Of a stretch of DNA of 64,000 nt, positions 1-31,067 are shown piece after piece. The stretch is from Dipteris shenzhenensis (lineage: Eukaryota): the NCBI GenBank assembly GCA_047967505.1, contig CM106538.1, one strand, 5' to 3'. The position numbers and the translations under genes were made by a program. The notes beneath the pieces were generated by a model. That model ran no database searches, had not been told where the DNA came from, and worked only from the letters and a program-made list of their open reading frames with translations. Numbering within the stretch: the stretch's first letter is position 1; each line of letters opens with the position of its first letter.

Positions 1-1465
1 AAAGCTAACCACCGCTGACAGCTTCATAGTCTGGCATCTTCTGCATGTCGTGAATAACTGTCTCAATCTCAACAAACAGGGTAGCCGCCATCTCATCTAT
101 GGGGGTCTCTATCAGGGCCACTATGATGGATCTCCGAATAGATTCAAGCTCTTTAGCCGACTCTCGTTTGCTGTGTCTGTACTCCCTATCCCAATCTTTG
201 GCCTTAAAATGTATCCTCCTTATTGCATTGTCCCACCTTGTTGCTGGGATCCAAATTTCCCTCTTGTTCCTTCGTCCATTCTTCTTTGATGAGTTTACAA
301 AACTTTCTTGACCACAAAAACTTTTTGTTGCAAACAAACGGGACGTCAATCGGCTTGGACTTGGAAGACGGAATAGAGAATCTCCATATGACCGGCACAT
401 GGTCTGAGAGGCCCGTTTGCAACACGTATTCACCCTCCATGGGTGCATGCATCCACCACGCTTCGCCTGCAGCATAGAAGTGATCAAGCCATCCTGATCT
501 GAAGTCAGCACCAAGTCTACGATTTGACCAAGTAGAGCCTTGCAACCCTGCCTGATCGAACTCAATGCAATCAACTAGCCCTTTGTTGAGCACCAGTTCA
601 TCCTAGGACTCGCGCTCCTACGGGGTGGAGTATGTTGTTGCATGGGATCTATCTTCCACACCTTTAGTGAAATTCCAATCTCCCCCCACTAACCAATGTT
701 CACCCTCCAGCTTAGAATTAAGGTCAAACCAGCATCTCGAACTCAATGCAATCAACTAGCCCTTTGTTGAGCACCAGTTCATCCTAGGACTCGCGCTCCT
801 ACGGGGTGGAGTATGTTGTTGCATGGGATCTATCTTCCACACCTTCAGTGAAATTCCAATCTCCCCCCACTAACCAATGTTCACCCTCCAGCTTAGAATT
901 AAGGTCAAACCAGCATCTAGCTCTCTCCACCGGGGCGTTTAGAGCATAAACACATGCAAACCCTACTTGAAAATCATCAATTAAGGCTGAGGCTGCAACA
1001 AGACAGCCATCCTGGTGCAAGAGGATGGTTGTGCCTCCTTGGGCAATTTACAAACACATTGAATCCCAACTTCTTACATGCAAACCAAAAATCATCATTC
1101 GACCCACATTTGATCTCCTGAAGCATTACCACATGCGGTTTGAATTTTCGGACTACCTCTAGGCATCCTCTTTGTTTGGACTTCCCACAGCACCCTCTCA
1201 CATTCCATGACATCACTTGGATCCTCTCCCCTAACTTTCCTCCGAGGACTTATGAACATCTTTAAAGAAGTTAAATCTGTTGACCCTGGCCATCCCCGCA
1301 CTCCTTGCCACACCCTTGAGCCTCTTAGTGAGGCTAAGTGTGGCTGACTCCATTGCCTTCACCTTGACCTTTCTCCTTGCTCTTCTTATCTTCATGCACA
1401 CTGTTTTTGTGGTTCGCATCGGGAACGGTCTCCTCTTCATCGTTGGAAGAAGCTGTCTCCTTTAG
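1..1465 (-). mobile_element. Degenerate L1-type LINE fragment (end of ORF1 plus ORF2 APE endonuclease), running off the window start
   Basis: Minus-strand APE motifs MSWNVRG..MLQEIK (977-1216), CVYA..WLVGGDWNF (799-1020) and LDHFY..SDHVPV (204-593), with frameshifts and stops. Confidence 0.85.
556..917. repeat. 181-bp tandem duplication inside the LINE endonuclease
   Basis: 556-736 and 737-917 are near identical (tcgaactcaatgcaatc...aaccagcatc). Confidence 0.95.
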
Positions 1466-1469
1466 CCTT

Positions 1470-2780
1470 GGAGGCTTCTAGACCGAGCCCTCCTTCGACT
1501 TTAGGACTGTAAGAATAATGCCTTGGGAAGCCATGCCAGTGATCTCGCCAAAAGAAATCAGACGCCAAAAGTTCCACTTCAGTAAGGACTTGCTGCGAAA
1601 ATGGAAGAACTGAGGACAAGAACAACATAGTAGGCGATAGTACGCTTCAACACAGTTAAGCAACCCAACAAAGACAAACGTTTGTCCTTCCACTTCTGAA
1701 ACTTGCCGCGAACTCTTGCCAGACACCAATCCAAGCGTTGCTTCATGGTAACACCTGGCAGCCCAAGCGGACAACCAAGATAGTGCAGCACATATCCCGG
1801 TTTTATAACCTAAAAACCATATTGCTCAACCCACTACGGCTGGCTATCCCAGTTTAAAAATAGCACTGTTGTTTTAAATCTATTGATCTTAGAATCAGAG
1901 ACGAGGGCTCATAAATATTCAACAGTGTATCGAGATTGGACTGAGTAGCTTTGATCAATTGGAATTATTCGTTAGCAAAGAACTGCGCAGCAAAATTCAA
2001 GCCGTCTGGTAAAGAAAGTCCGGAGAGTAATCCTCGGTTGATGTGATGATCAGCAGCGGCTCGGTGACTATGGCAAAGGGCAAGGGTGCTAGGGGACACC
2101 CTTGACGAACCGATCTTTTGAGAGGGAAGCTGTCATACAAGTATCCATTGATAAAAAGCCAGAAGCGTGGGCCGAATTCAAGCTTTCCCATGACTTTCAA
2201 TATAAAGTCCCACCTAACGCAATCATAAGCCTTTTCCAGGTCGAGATTTAACATCATAAATCGCTGATTCTGGAGCACCGCATGGTCAATAGCCAAAAGC
2301 ATATTCAAAATTGCGTCATGAGTATTTCTGCCAAACAAGAATCTATATTGATGCGAATGCAGGAGCCTCGAGAGCAGAAAACGAACTCTGAGAGCAAGTG
2401 CCTTAGCAAGAACCCTATACGAGGCGTTGAGCATCGTTAAGGGTCTCCAGTCACCAGGATGAAACAGATTAATAGATTTGAGGATAAGTTTCACCACCTC
2501 TCGATTCATAGAAGGAGACAGAAACCTGCGAGTGAAGCTCGCATTGAGCATATTGGTTAGATCTTTTTCGCAAAGGGACGAGTAATACTGGAAAGAATGC
2601 CATTGGGGCCTAGCCATTGAGTGCACCACGTATCGGACCTCTTCCTCCTCAAGGCTTTGTGGGGTCTTCTTCAAGTAATACTAATAGTGGAAAGAATGCC
2701 ATTGGGACCTAGCCATTGAGTGCACCACGTATCAGACCTCTTCCTCAGTCAAGGCTTCGTCGGGGGCTACAACCTGAACT
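1470..2780 (-). mobile_element. Degenerate LINE reverse transcriptase fragment
   Basis: DWRPLTMLN..YRVLAKALALR, LDLEKAYD, VRQGCPLAPL (1997-2674), then YLGCPLG and PKVEGGLGL; imperfect ~100-bp duplication at 2581-2760. Confidence 0.9.
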
Positions 2781-3176
2781 GTGTTCCCAAAAATCATTGA
2801 AGTGCCTCATTGGAGCAGTACCAACAATGCTTTGATAAGTGCTGATAAACCACCTTTGTAAATTCTTATGTCCCCTCTATTCTCTTACTTCACACTCCTA
2901 GAACTAAAACATAGCTACAAGGAATGAATTTTCTTAGACAAGGTACTCTTAAATGAATCAAACTTTTGCAAATCTACTGCTCAATATACCAAAAGATTAT
3001 TTCCCACCTAAGCTTTACTATATTTCTGAAACAATTTTTGTTGTAAAGTCCTTGTAGAAAGTCACATAAGTCTCTTCATTAGTTGATCCATGAATATCTC
3101 TTTGTATCTTTTGCACCAAATTCGATAACATTTCTATAAATTATGGATTGAAGCTCCTTTTCAAACAAATCTAGTT

Positions 3177-22011
<18,835 letters not shown>

Positions 22012-22499
22012 ACAACAGGGATCTCATGTTCTCCGAAATGCCAGATTTCTTTAGAGAGAAGGCTTCCTTGCTTGTGCTTAAATAAGCACATCTTACCAAT
22101 GGCCATTCTCCCGTGATCCTGGGAATTCCTCAAAAAGGGAAAGGTTGTGTCTAACCATTCCTGTCTGAGGTATTAAACTTAGTATAATACACAGAAAAAG
22201 TGTCAATGGTAAAAGTAACTATTCTTTATTTCCATCGTACGTACTATAAATCATTTGATGCTCAACAGAAGAAAGCATTTCTAGATCTTATTGCTGATTT
22301 ATCTAGTATACTTGCCAAAGGCCTGTCGTCCCCAACTGGTCCTGGTCAATGATATTTTCAATGGATATGCCTTACACAATAAGAAAGTAAAAGAAGGATT
22401 CTATAGATTTAAATAAGGGGACATGGAGCAAGGCCAGTCAAAGTCTGAAGTTACATTGAAGGTAAGACATTTAGAGTTTTGCAACCACACTTTGCAAAG

Positions 22500-23823
22500 A
22501 AGAAAGAAAATTAAAAATGTTTGGTCTCATTAATAGCACTACCTTTCAAGCATTGGCACACATCTTGGAGAGCTGTCCATGCTTCAGAGGTGGTATCAAT
22601 CAGTTGAATGTGTGGAATTACACCGTCTGAGGTTGCCAATGTCCAATAATCATGGACAGCCATGGCATCACAGTATCCTTCAGCTTCAGGTCCATCTCTA
22701 TGTTTGCCTTCCAAATCTTCATAGCCATTAAATGGCTTCTTATCTTTATCTTCCAGAGAGGATAGTAGTCCATCCAATTTTCCATTCTCCCCAAAATCGT
22801 AAATGCTCACGTTTGAAGCCATACTGAAGAAACTGAAAAGACAATACTAGCTGACAACATTGTCCAATCTCAACCTCACGAGAGTCACACCTGTCTGACT
22901 AAATGCCTGCCTTCTTGCAAAGGTCTCATCCTTCAGATATCGAGGTAAATCACTGAAGGACTTCTGGCTCTGATACAATTTAGGAAAAGATGTGACAAGC
23001 TCATTACAACCTAGCCAGCAAAACAGGATGCTGCCAGAATCACTTCACACTCAAGATCAACTTTTAGTCGACACATGTACAGAGGTGCTACAAGGAGAGA
23101 CACACATCTGAAGAGAGACACAAAACTAGGCAGGAAAACTCAAGTGTATATAAAGGCCCACCAGCTCAAACAATATCAACAACAAAAGATCCCCAAAGGT
23201 ACCTCACATCTGTAGCCAAGTCTCCCAATAGATGCGTACCGAAAAGTGATGCTGGATCTGTCCTACTCCAGCTGGTAGAGTTCCTTCTGCTGCTTGCTTT
23301 CTCAAAGCTTCAATTGCTGTGGGGGGCTCCCTCCGACCTTCCATGCTAAGACCACCCCTTTGAGCACGTTTATAAGTGAGGGGCTGCTATCCCCCACCCT
23401 GTCACCGGCCAACCAACCTGCTGCTGCCACCTGTTTAGGGCCCCATTGACTGCTCAGATCTGGCAAACCTGCTTGCTGCATGCCGAACTGTTTGCAGGGC
23501 TATAAGGCCCCCATCCCTCCAGTCTACTCTGGGCTCACAAACAGCCCCAGCCATGGGCCTTTGTATGCCACCTATGCTGGCCATTCCTGCAGCCCAGATG
23601 GCTGTGCATTTTTCTCATGCACGAGCCCTTCATGATGCTCTAATGCCAGCGCCTCCTGCTGCCCATATGGCAGCCCTTAGCTAATTTCAATGTGCCCATG
23701 TTGACCCCTCCTGCTTGCGCCCGCATCGCACACCTCACACACATGCATATTCCACAGGTGTAAACCCCTGTGTCCTCCTCCAATGGGCCTCACATATGAA
23801 GCATGGACCCTACTAACCCAACA
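22500..23823 (-). mobile_element. Truncated Copia 5' remnant (probable LTR, PBS and start of gag)
   Basis: gag-like KLDG...SDGVIPHIQLIDTTSEAWTALQ (22511-22822); PBS-like gctctgatacaa (22967-22978, one mismatch); LTR-like stretch ending cccaaca at 23823. Confidence 0.6.
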
Positions 23824-24116
23824 CTGGAAACCTCACAAGAAGAGACAGAAGTAGACCACCAAGGCTGTAATGTGGCTACTACCAAGGCTGTGGCTACTAC
23901 AAAGCTGCTTGAGAAAGAAAAATGCTAATAAATTGATAAATTCCTACCTAAGAGCAAGGTAACAACAGACTTTAGGGTAAGCCAGTAACGCAGTGTTTCT
24001 TGCATTAACCCACTACTCCTATAGTCGTGCCTCATCACAAGGCACATCTTTCTACATTCACAGTAAAGGTTTTCCTTTCAAAATGTGTACATTTTTCTAA
24101 TGCTTACAACAATTTT

Positions 24117-24250
24117 GAAGACATCATAGAGAGTAACAGCGAGGCCCCTGTGATACAACTCCTCTCACATATAATACCCCCAAAATTCTGAAGACAGATG
24201 ATAGAGAGTAACAGCGAGGTCCTTGAGATACAACTCCTCTCACATACAAT
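24117..24250. repeat. ~74-bp tandem duplication
   Basis: atagagagtaacagcgagg..gatacaactcctctcacata occurs twice. Confidence 0.85.
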
Positions 24251-24279
24251 CATGGACTCCAGATAATCATTGACATCAT

Positions 24280-26640
24280 ATTAAAAGTTCAGCAATATTG
24301 CTGAACCTTTGAAAATGAAAGCCCATCGAAAATCCTTCAAAGTTTACTGTACCAGGCCTTGCAAGAACAAAAACAGGTAGCCTAGCACAGTTGTAAGGTA
24401 GTTACCGCAGGCAACTCACAGAAAGCAAGCGCCGATGGTAGACTACGAGAGCTGTAAGGTAGCTACTCCAGGCTCTACAGGGCCACTGAAAAAAAGAAAG
24501 TGCTGACAATTTCCATACCCTTTGGCAAAATCACAATTACCATGAACCATGCCAGACTAGCTTAATCTAGGACTCCACTTAACGCTATCCAAAGCCTCTG
24601 CACTTCTTGTCTTAGCCTTCAACTACTCCCCAATCCCTCCAATCACTGCGTTCAGATGTACGTTGTATTTAGATGTAAAAAGTTCACAGATGTTGCTGGA
24701 CCTTTGAAGATGAAAGGCAATAAAAATCCTTCCAACTGTACTGTACCAGCATTCTGTAGCCCTCGCAAGGAAAAAGGCAGTGACACTACCAGAGTTGTAA
24801 GGTAGCCACTGCAGGCTCTACAGGGCCACTGAAAGCAATCAAATGCTGATAATTTCCATACCTTTTTAAGCCACTGTGAAATCTACCTATAACTTCATAA
24901 GACTATAATATATCCAATCTTACAAATTAAATTTTTGGCCTGCCTGAAAGGTAGCCTCAGTGATGAAACTCATTTCAGAAGTGAAATTAGGAATTTTGAT
25001 TCGAAAAATTCTTTACCCACTACTTAAGTCCAGATTTGGACATATTCCAATGCAACTACAGTCTAACTTAGACATAATCCCTCTCTCTCTTTTCACTAGA
25101 AATCCTCCTATTTTTTCTCTACTATCTACAATAAAAGTGGGGGGTGGAAATTTTAAATAGTATCAAAACTAAACTAAACTAAGCAGGTACCTAAGAGTAG
25201 ATGACCTCCAAAAATATAACAAACCTACCAACTCAAAAGAAAAGCTCCCCACTTTGGATTTTGATTTCTATGTTCAAGGATTCTAAACATACCCAAAGCC
25301 AAAGATATAACGACTACAAAGTAAGGCAGAGTGAAGTTCTTGAATTATAGCCCCTTGTGAGAAGTAATAGGATTAAATTACTAAATTGAGAGAGAGAGGC
25401 ACTCTTACTTGTGCAAAGAAAGAAAGTTTATTAAAGTCTTCGGAAGACCGATGGGTCTATGAGACTGAAAAACCTGATACAATGAGCTGTGGTAGTGGAG
25501 CTACTAAACGAGCATCCACACCAATGCAGAATGCAAAAAAAATGCAAAATGGCAGTACTAAGTCCTAAGTACAACATAGTCATATCTCGACTATATATAT
25601 CAATCTCAGCATCATCGTCGGCATCATCATAACCATCATCATCATCATCGTCAGCAGCAGGACATCAAGATGGATGAGGCATAGAATTGGGGAGTAATCA
25701 CTCCATATTTAGCCATATCAAAGATGTTTGAGTCAATCCAAGGCATTTATATGATATTCAACCAGGTGGTTGTCGTTTATCAAAAAAATCAATTTCTAAA
25801 CCTAAAGAAGATTGCGTAATGCTAAGATCGAAGAAACTAGAACAACTTCCACTGGCTGTACAATTAATTTCACAAAACTTATCTTGTACATAAATTCCTT
25901 GAAGTTTGGTATGTCTAGGACGAATAAGTCACCTATGAATCTCCTAAATGACTAAGTTTATGAAGAACGATCAGATAAGTCTCACAAGAGATTAATCTTT
26001 GCATAAACCCAAATTTATAGGTGAAATCTACCACAGCCGCAAAAACCAGACATTGGCAGGTGGTGGTATTGTAGGTTAAGACAGACATAAAATGTATCCA
26101 CCTTAATCTATAACGTCACTTTACTCTATCCAAAGTCTCTTTACTTTCTGGCTTAGCCTACAACTATTCCGAAATCCCTCCAATCATTGCATCTAGCATA
26201 CTCCAATCGTACGATACCATTGCCAGAAATATGTCCAATGTAGATGTAAAAAGTTCAGCAATGTTGCTGGACATTTGAAGATGAAGGGCAATAGAAATTT
26301 CTTCCAATAGTACTGTACCAGCATTTGCAAGAAAAAAGGCAGGTAGACTACAAGTGTTGAAAGATAGCTACTCCAGCCTCTACAGAGCCATTGAAAAAAA
26401 TCATGTGCCGATGATTTCCACAAGATCACATTACCATGAACCATGGCAGACGACCCGCCACGAAATTCACCACAGCCGCAAAATCCAATTATGGTTGAGG
26501 TATTTATAGTTTGAGCCAGAAATAAAATGTTTTCAGCTTCATCTAAAACTCCACGTACTTCTGTTCAGGTCTCTTCACTTTCTGACTTTATCCTACTATT
26601 CCCAAAAACCTCCAATCATTGCATCCAGCATTTGCGAACA
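24280..26640. repeat. Degenerate ~400-bp repeat family, about 4 partial copies
   Basis: aaaagttca..tgctg.acctttgaa.atgaa at ~24283, 24677 and 26248; ccacagccgcaaaa at 26031 and 26469; cctccaatca.tgc at ~24636, 26177 and 26609. Confidence 0.75.
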
Positions 26641-26933
26641 TTGCGTTGTCTCCTACTCCAATTGCACATTAAATAAGCCCCGGATTACAACCCACTTTGC
26701 TTACGTACTTCATCCCAGACAATAGGATGTTTGGACCTCTCTTCGGCAAATCTTTCATGCTTTTTTCTTCCCTATTTCTGGTCTTACGAGTGGTGATGCT
26801 GTCAATATGAGTTGTGCCAAATTCAAGTTTTGAGAGTCTACTGAAGAGAGTCCAGAGGACGGCATGGAACTGACCAACTTCCATTGATCCCCCTGTTGAG
26901 GACAAGGACTCTCAATAGTCTCGTATCTTTTTT

Positions 26934-29262
26934 TTTCTTTTTTTTTTTTTGCAAAAAGGAGACTTCTATTAAGTAAGAAAGAAACTCACTAGAGCAAGCT
27001 CTGTGCGGAAATACAACATGCTAAGAATGTAATGAAAACACCTCAGAGGAATGAGGTAGAAAGAAACCAAGGCTGAGGCTGAAAATGCCAAGTCAACCCT
27101 GTAGAAGTCTCAGAAAAGAAGGGAGAGTCTCTCCAATCTTTGAGAAAAGTAACTCTCCTGGAGAAGGCTGCTCGAGATGATCCTTGCATGGTCGCCCAAA
27201 TGGCCATCAGAGTGTGTACCGTATCTGTCCAAGTACTAGCCAAGATCTGAGAAGGGTGAACCTGAGAACCCTCCAGGGCCTCAGTGCGTCTGGCTCTCCA
27301 AATGTGCCATGCTGCAATGCTAGCTAAGATCTCCCATGGAGAGTCAACCGAGGAATGAGCACCTCCGAAGAGAGTGGCCGGAACATCCTGTAGAGAGCAC
27401 GACTCCACAAGATGTCGTCGGATGTGAAGAGCCCAAGAGGAGTCAAGTCTCTCAAAGAAGACTTGGGGCCCTGAAAGAGTGAGCCAAGCCACTGATCCCC
27501 AGGTCATGAAGAAGGGTAGGCAAACAAAAGTGCTGATAAGTCTTGCAATACCCTTCCATATGATTCTCGCCTATCTGCAATCCCAAAGGCAGTGCTGTAC
27601 TGTCTCCACAGCAGAAAGGTAACAAGGGCAAGAAGGGTCAACTCCGAACCTAGATCTCCATTGGTTCATTGCTATCTCACCATGAATAGAAAGCCAAAAG
27701 AAGAGAGTGATTTTTCTATTTCGGTGGGATTTTCAGAGCCTTTGCCAAAAAAATTTCTGCAAGTCAGAAGAAATCTGCACGTCCTCCCAATGATGAGCTC
27801 TGGTAGGCCTCCAATCCTTACAGCTGAGCTGAAATTTCCTGGCATTACTGACCGTGTAACGAAAGAAGGGGATGCCCATCTCTCCGTGCCCTTCATCTAT
27901 CCATTCCCATTCCCCAGGGATCCACTGCAAAAACTTAATTGGGACACCTCCATAGAGCCACAGCCTCCATGAGCCCAGGGCGATGAGAAGCGGATCAAGA
28001 TCCAAGTACCACTATGAGAGAGAGCCATGCTCCATGAAGCCCACTATCCTGACTGGCTGAAACGGTATCTCTAACAAGATATAGTCTGTGGATCTAGACA
28101 GCCTGCCCCCCAAAGAAACATCAAAGACTAAGGCATCCTCATGAGTGTCACTAAAAGCAATCACCTGTAAAGGCACTCCCAATCTAGAAAAAGCCCCCAT
28201 CCAAGTGGAGCAAGTATTAGGCATATCATCTGTTTCCACCCAATCCAAGGACAAGGCTACATCAATCTGTTGGACTCTCCCTGCACTCCCTCTAAGATTA
28301 AGAACCAACAGGAAGCTTCCTGAAGGCTTTCCATGCTCCCACAGTAGATGCAGGGCCCCTCTCCCATCTTGGCCACTGCATGTAAGGAGAAGCTCCAAGT
28401 GGTCTGCCATGCTTATCTAAAATACTGTCATTCCATATGATAGGCTACCTTTCAGTCTCTTCACGGGTGGAGGGGGGAATCCTGCGAAGAGTACTCCGAA
28501 AGTTGGCCCATGCTTTCAAGATAGCAACCATAAGAGGGGAAGAGGGAGATCTGAGGTGGACTGTGGTGAAAATGCATCTGATACTGTGTGTCCAATCCTC
28601 TCCAGAGGTGGGCGTGCAAGACTGTATGCATCTGATAAAGAAATCCTTCCAAGGCTCTTGCCTTAGCATAAGTCCTCTCACGATGACCTTGCAGAGTAGG
28701 GCTCTGCACTGTAGATCCGGGTCGATGATATTCAAACCCCCTTCTCTTGTAGGAAGAATCAAGGTCTCCCAAGCCACCCTGGCTGTAACATCAGTTGTGC
28801 CATCTAGACCACTCCATAAAAAGTTTCGTACCGGCCTCTTAAGCTGATTGATACAATCCCTAGAGTGGTACCAACAAAAGCATTACAAACCATGCTGTGG
28901 CTAGAAAAACCTGGTTAACCACTACCACCCTGGAAGCCAAGTCAAGTTTGGCTGAGCTCCAAAAAAGGAGCTTTCTTCTGATACTCTCCAACACTGGAGC
29001 AAACTGTTGTGAAGGAGAGATGCCCACCCCAACTTGACAGCCTAAATATCTGACAGAGACGCCCCTCTGTACCCAAGTGAAGCTAATATCATTACCCCAA
29101 TCCGGGGTGTCATCATCGCAAATCCAAAAACCATTTAATTTATGCCAATTAATGTGTGCACCTGCAGCCGTGCAAAATAAATCCAAGGCTGTCCGGAAGG
29201 AAGGGAGTGTCCTAGGGAAAGCATAAAAAAAAACAGCCATGTCATCTGCCGACTCACTATCA
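26934..29262 (-). mobile_element. 5'-truncated L1-type LINE with poly(A) and TSD
   Basis: Begins at the RT ADD motif; YLGCQVG, LPTREGGLNIID and AAWHIWRAR follow; poly-T at 26934-26950; TSD tctcgtatctttttt at 26919-26933 and 29263-29277. Confidence 0.92.
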
Positions 29263-30359
29263 TCTCGTATCTTTTTTAAGTAGCTGGTTACAAGGAATCT
29301 ATGCTACTAGACATGTGGCATAGACTTAGTTCCTTGTGACATACACTATACAAGAAGTCATGTGACCCAAAAAAAAAAACCTTCGTGAAAGCCATCTAAG
29401 CAGCCCCAGCATGTTTGCTTAAATAAACTGCATTGATTCGGGGTAAGATCCTTTATTTCGGAAGTCTACAACATAAAACATATCGCCCTTCTTAAGGCAA
29501 TTCGAACCCACATGAGAAAACTGATTTCAGAAAGCCTAACAAATCTGGGCATGATTGAGTACAAGACTTTGGCGCGCTTAGAAATTTCAATATCACAATC
29601 GAACACAAGGACATAAAAGAGGGCGAGATGCCAAACACACAGAAGCAAGCAAAGCAGCACCGATGCATTCATTTGTTAGAGTAGACACCAAATCTTGTCT
29701 GACTGATCGCATTAGTAACCAAAAAACAGAGAAGCACTACGAAAACCTATTCAATCTAATTTACAACGCCTTGACAGGCGTAGAAAAGAAATTGACCAAA
29801 ATTTCAAGACGTAAGCACGTTGAAAGGCCAGCGCGCCACCTGAAAGCTTCAGTATGCTTTAAAGTGTTTCGAGCAAGCTGGACCGAAAATTCATCAGGCG
29901 GGGGAGGGGGCCAAACCATTCTTTGGAAGTCGTCGCATCGACGTCCAATAGAAATAATCCCAGACGCGGATTCCTCTGCAATTCTCGCAGCGAGCTGCGT
30001 GCATGAACTCTGTTTATGATGACAAGGCTAAGAATCGTCTGATTTGACAAATACAGCGTGGTTCCAACCTTCCATCTAGAGCTCCTCTCTAAATCTTCGA
30101 CTGTTAGTTATCCAATGACTGCAGCTCTCTCCATACGCGAGACACCCTGCAGCCAGATAGTGGAAGCACACTCTGATCCAGTGGCCGATCTCCTCTACAA
30201 TCCCAAGAAACAGCTGCCAGATACCCCACAGTAACCCAAATACTCTCCACGCAGCAAGGCACGCCGATCTGTAAACCCAGTAGGGTCCCTCAAGCGGGAA
30301 AGAAGAAGCAGGAGTATCTGAGGCCAATGGGCAGGCGAGAGAGAGGAAGCAGCGAACTT

Positions 30360-31067
30360 CTACCGGTAAGTGGTGTAGCGCGATTGAAGGGGGTGACGGG
30401 CGAGAGGGATGAGCTCGGAGAGGGGGGTGGACTGGGGCGTGGGAAGGGGGGAGGTGCGGCACATGGGGCAAGATGCGTGGAGGCGCAGCCAGGCATCGAT
30501 GCAGGCAGCATGGAAGGCATGGTGGCAATCGGGTAGAAGACGGAGCACCTCGCCATCGCTGTAGTCTGCAAGGCAAATGGAGCAAGCGCCATCGCCAGGC
30601 TGCTGTTGCTGCTTCTTCTCGCCATAGATGATCTTCGGATAGCTGTCCAGCGTTGCCTGATCGAGCCCTCCTATTACCCAGTCGCCACCAGTACCTCCTG
30701 TTCCATTGCCTTCTTCTCCACCTCCTCCTCCTCCTTCGCCATAGCCAGTCATCCCTCCTCCTCCTCCTCCTCCATTACCACCTCCAATTGCTTCCCTCGC
30801 CTCTCTTCTTCCTCCCCCCCCCGCCCTTCCTCCCACCATCTCCCTCCCATGCACCCTCACGCACACATACGATGCTAGCATGATCGTCGACACCAGTACC
30901 AGTATCCCCACCGCTATTGCTATCCCGTACCCCAGCCCTACTTTGCTCATGTTCTCCGGCGTGAGCATCGCCGCTGTCCCATTCTGGCTCATCCTTTTCA
31001 TTCCCAGCGCGATCCCACCTTTTCTCCTCGCCCCAAATCGCTGCTTGCTTAAAGCCCAGTTGCCCAT
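30360..31067 (-). CDS. ATL: ATL-family RING-H2 E3 ubiquitin ligase (ATL67-70-like), intronless; true start may be a downstream ATG
   Basis: TM segment GLGYGIAIAVGILVLVSTIMLASYVC; GLD motif (GLDQATLDSYP); RING-H2 CSICLADY..LLPDCHHAFHAACIDAWL..CPMCR; tail SPLPTPQSTPLSE. Confidence 0.95.
   Translation of the reverse strand: MGNWALSKQRFGARRKGGIALGMKRMSQNGTAAMLTPENMSKVGLGYGIAIAVGILVLVSTIMLASYVCVRVHGREMVGGRAGGGGRREAREAIGGGNGGGGGGGMTGYGEGGGGGGEEGNGTGGTGGDWVIGGLDQATLDSYPKIIYGEKKQQQQPGDGACSICLADYSDGEVLRLLPDCHHAFHAACIDAWLRLHASCPMCRTSPLPTPQSTPLSELIPLARHPLQSRYTTYR

Noticed and set aside
22090-26900. Possible minus-strand exons (about 22096-22165, 22300-22370, 25408-25565, 26706-26893) with AG/GT-like boundaries
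   Set aside because: Could not be joined into a consistent frame or a recognisable protein; RNA-seq would be needed.
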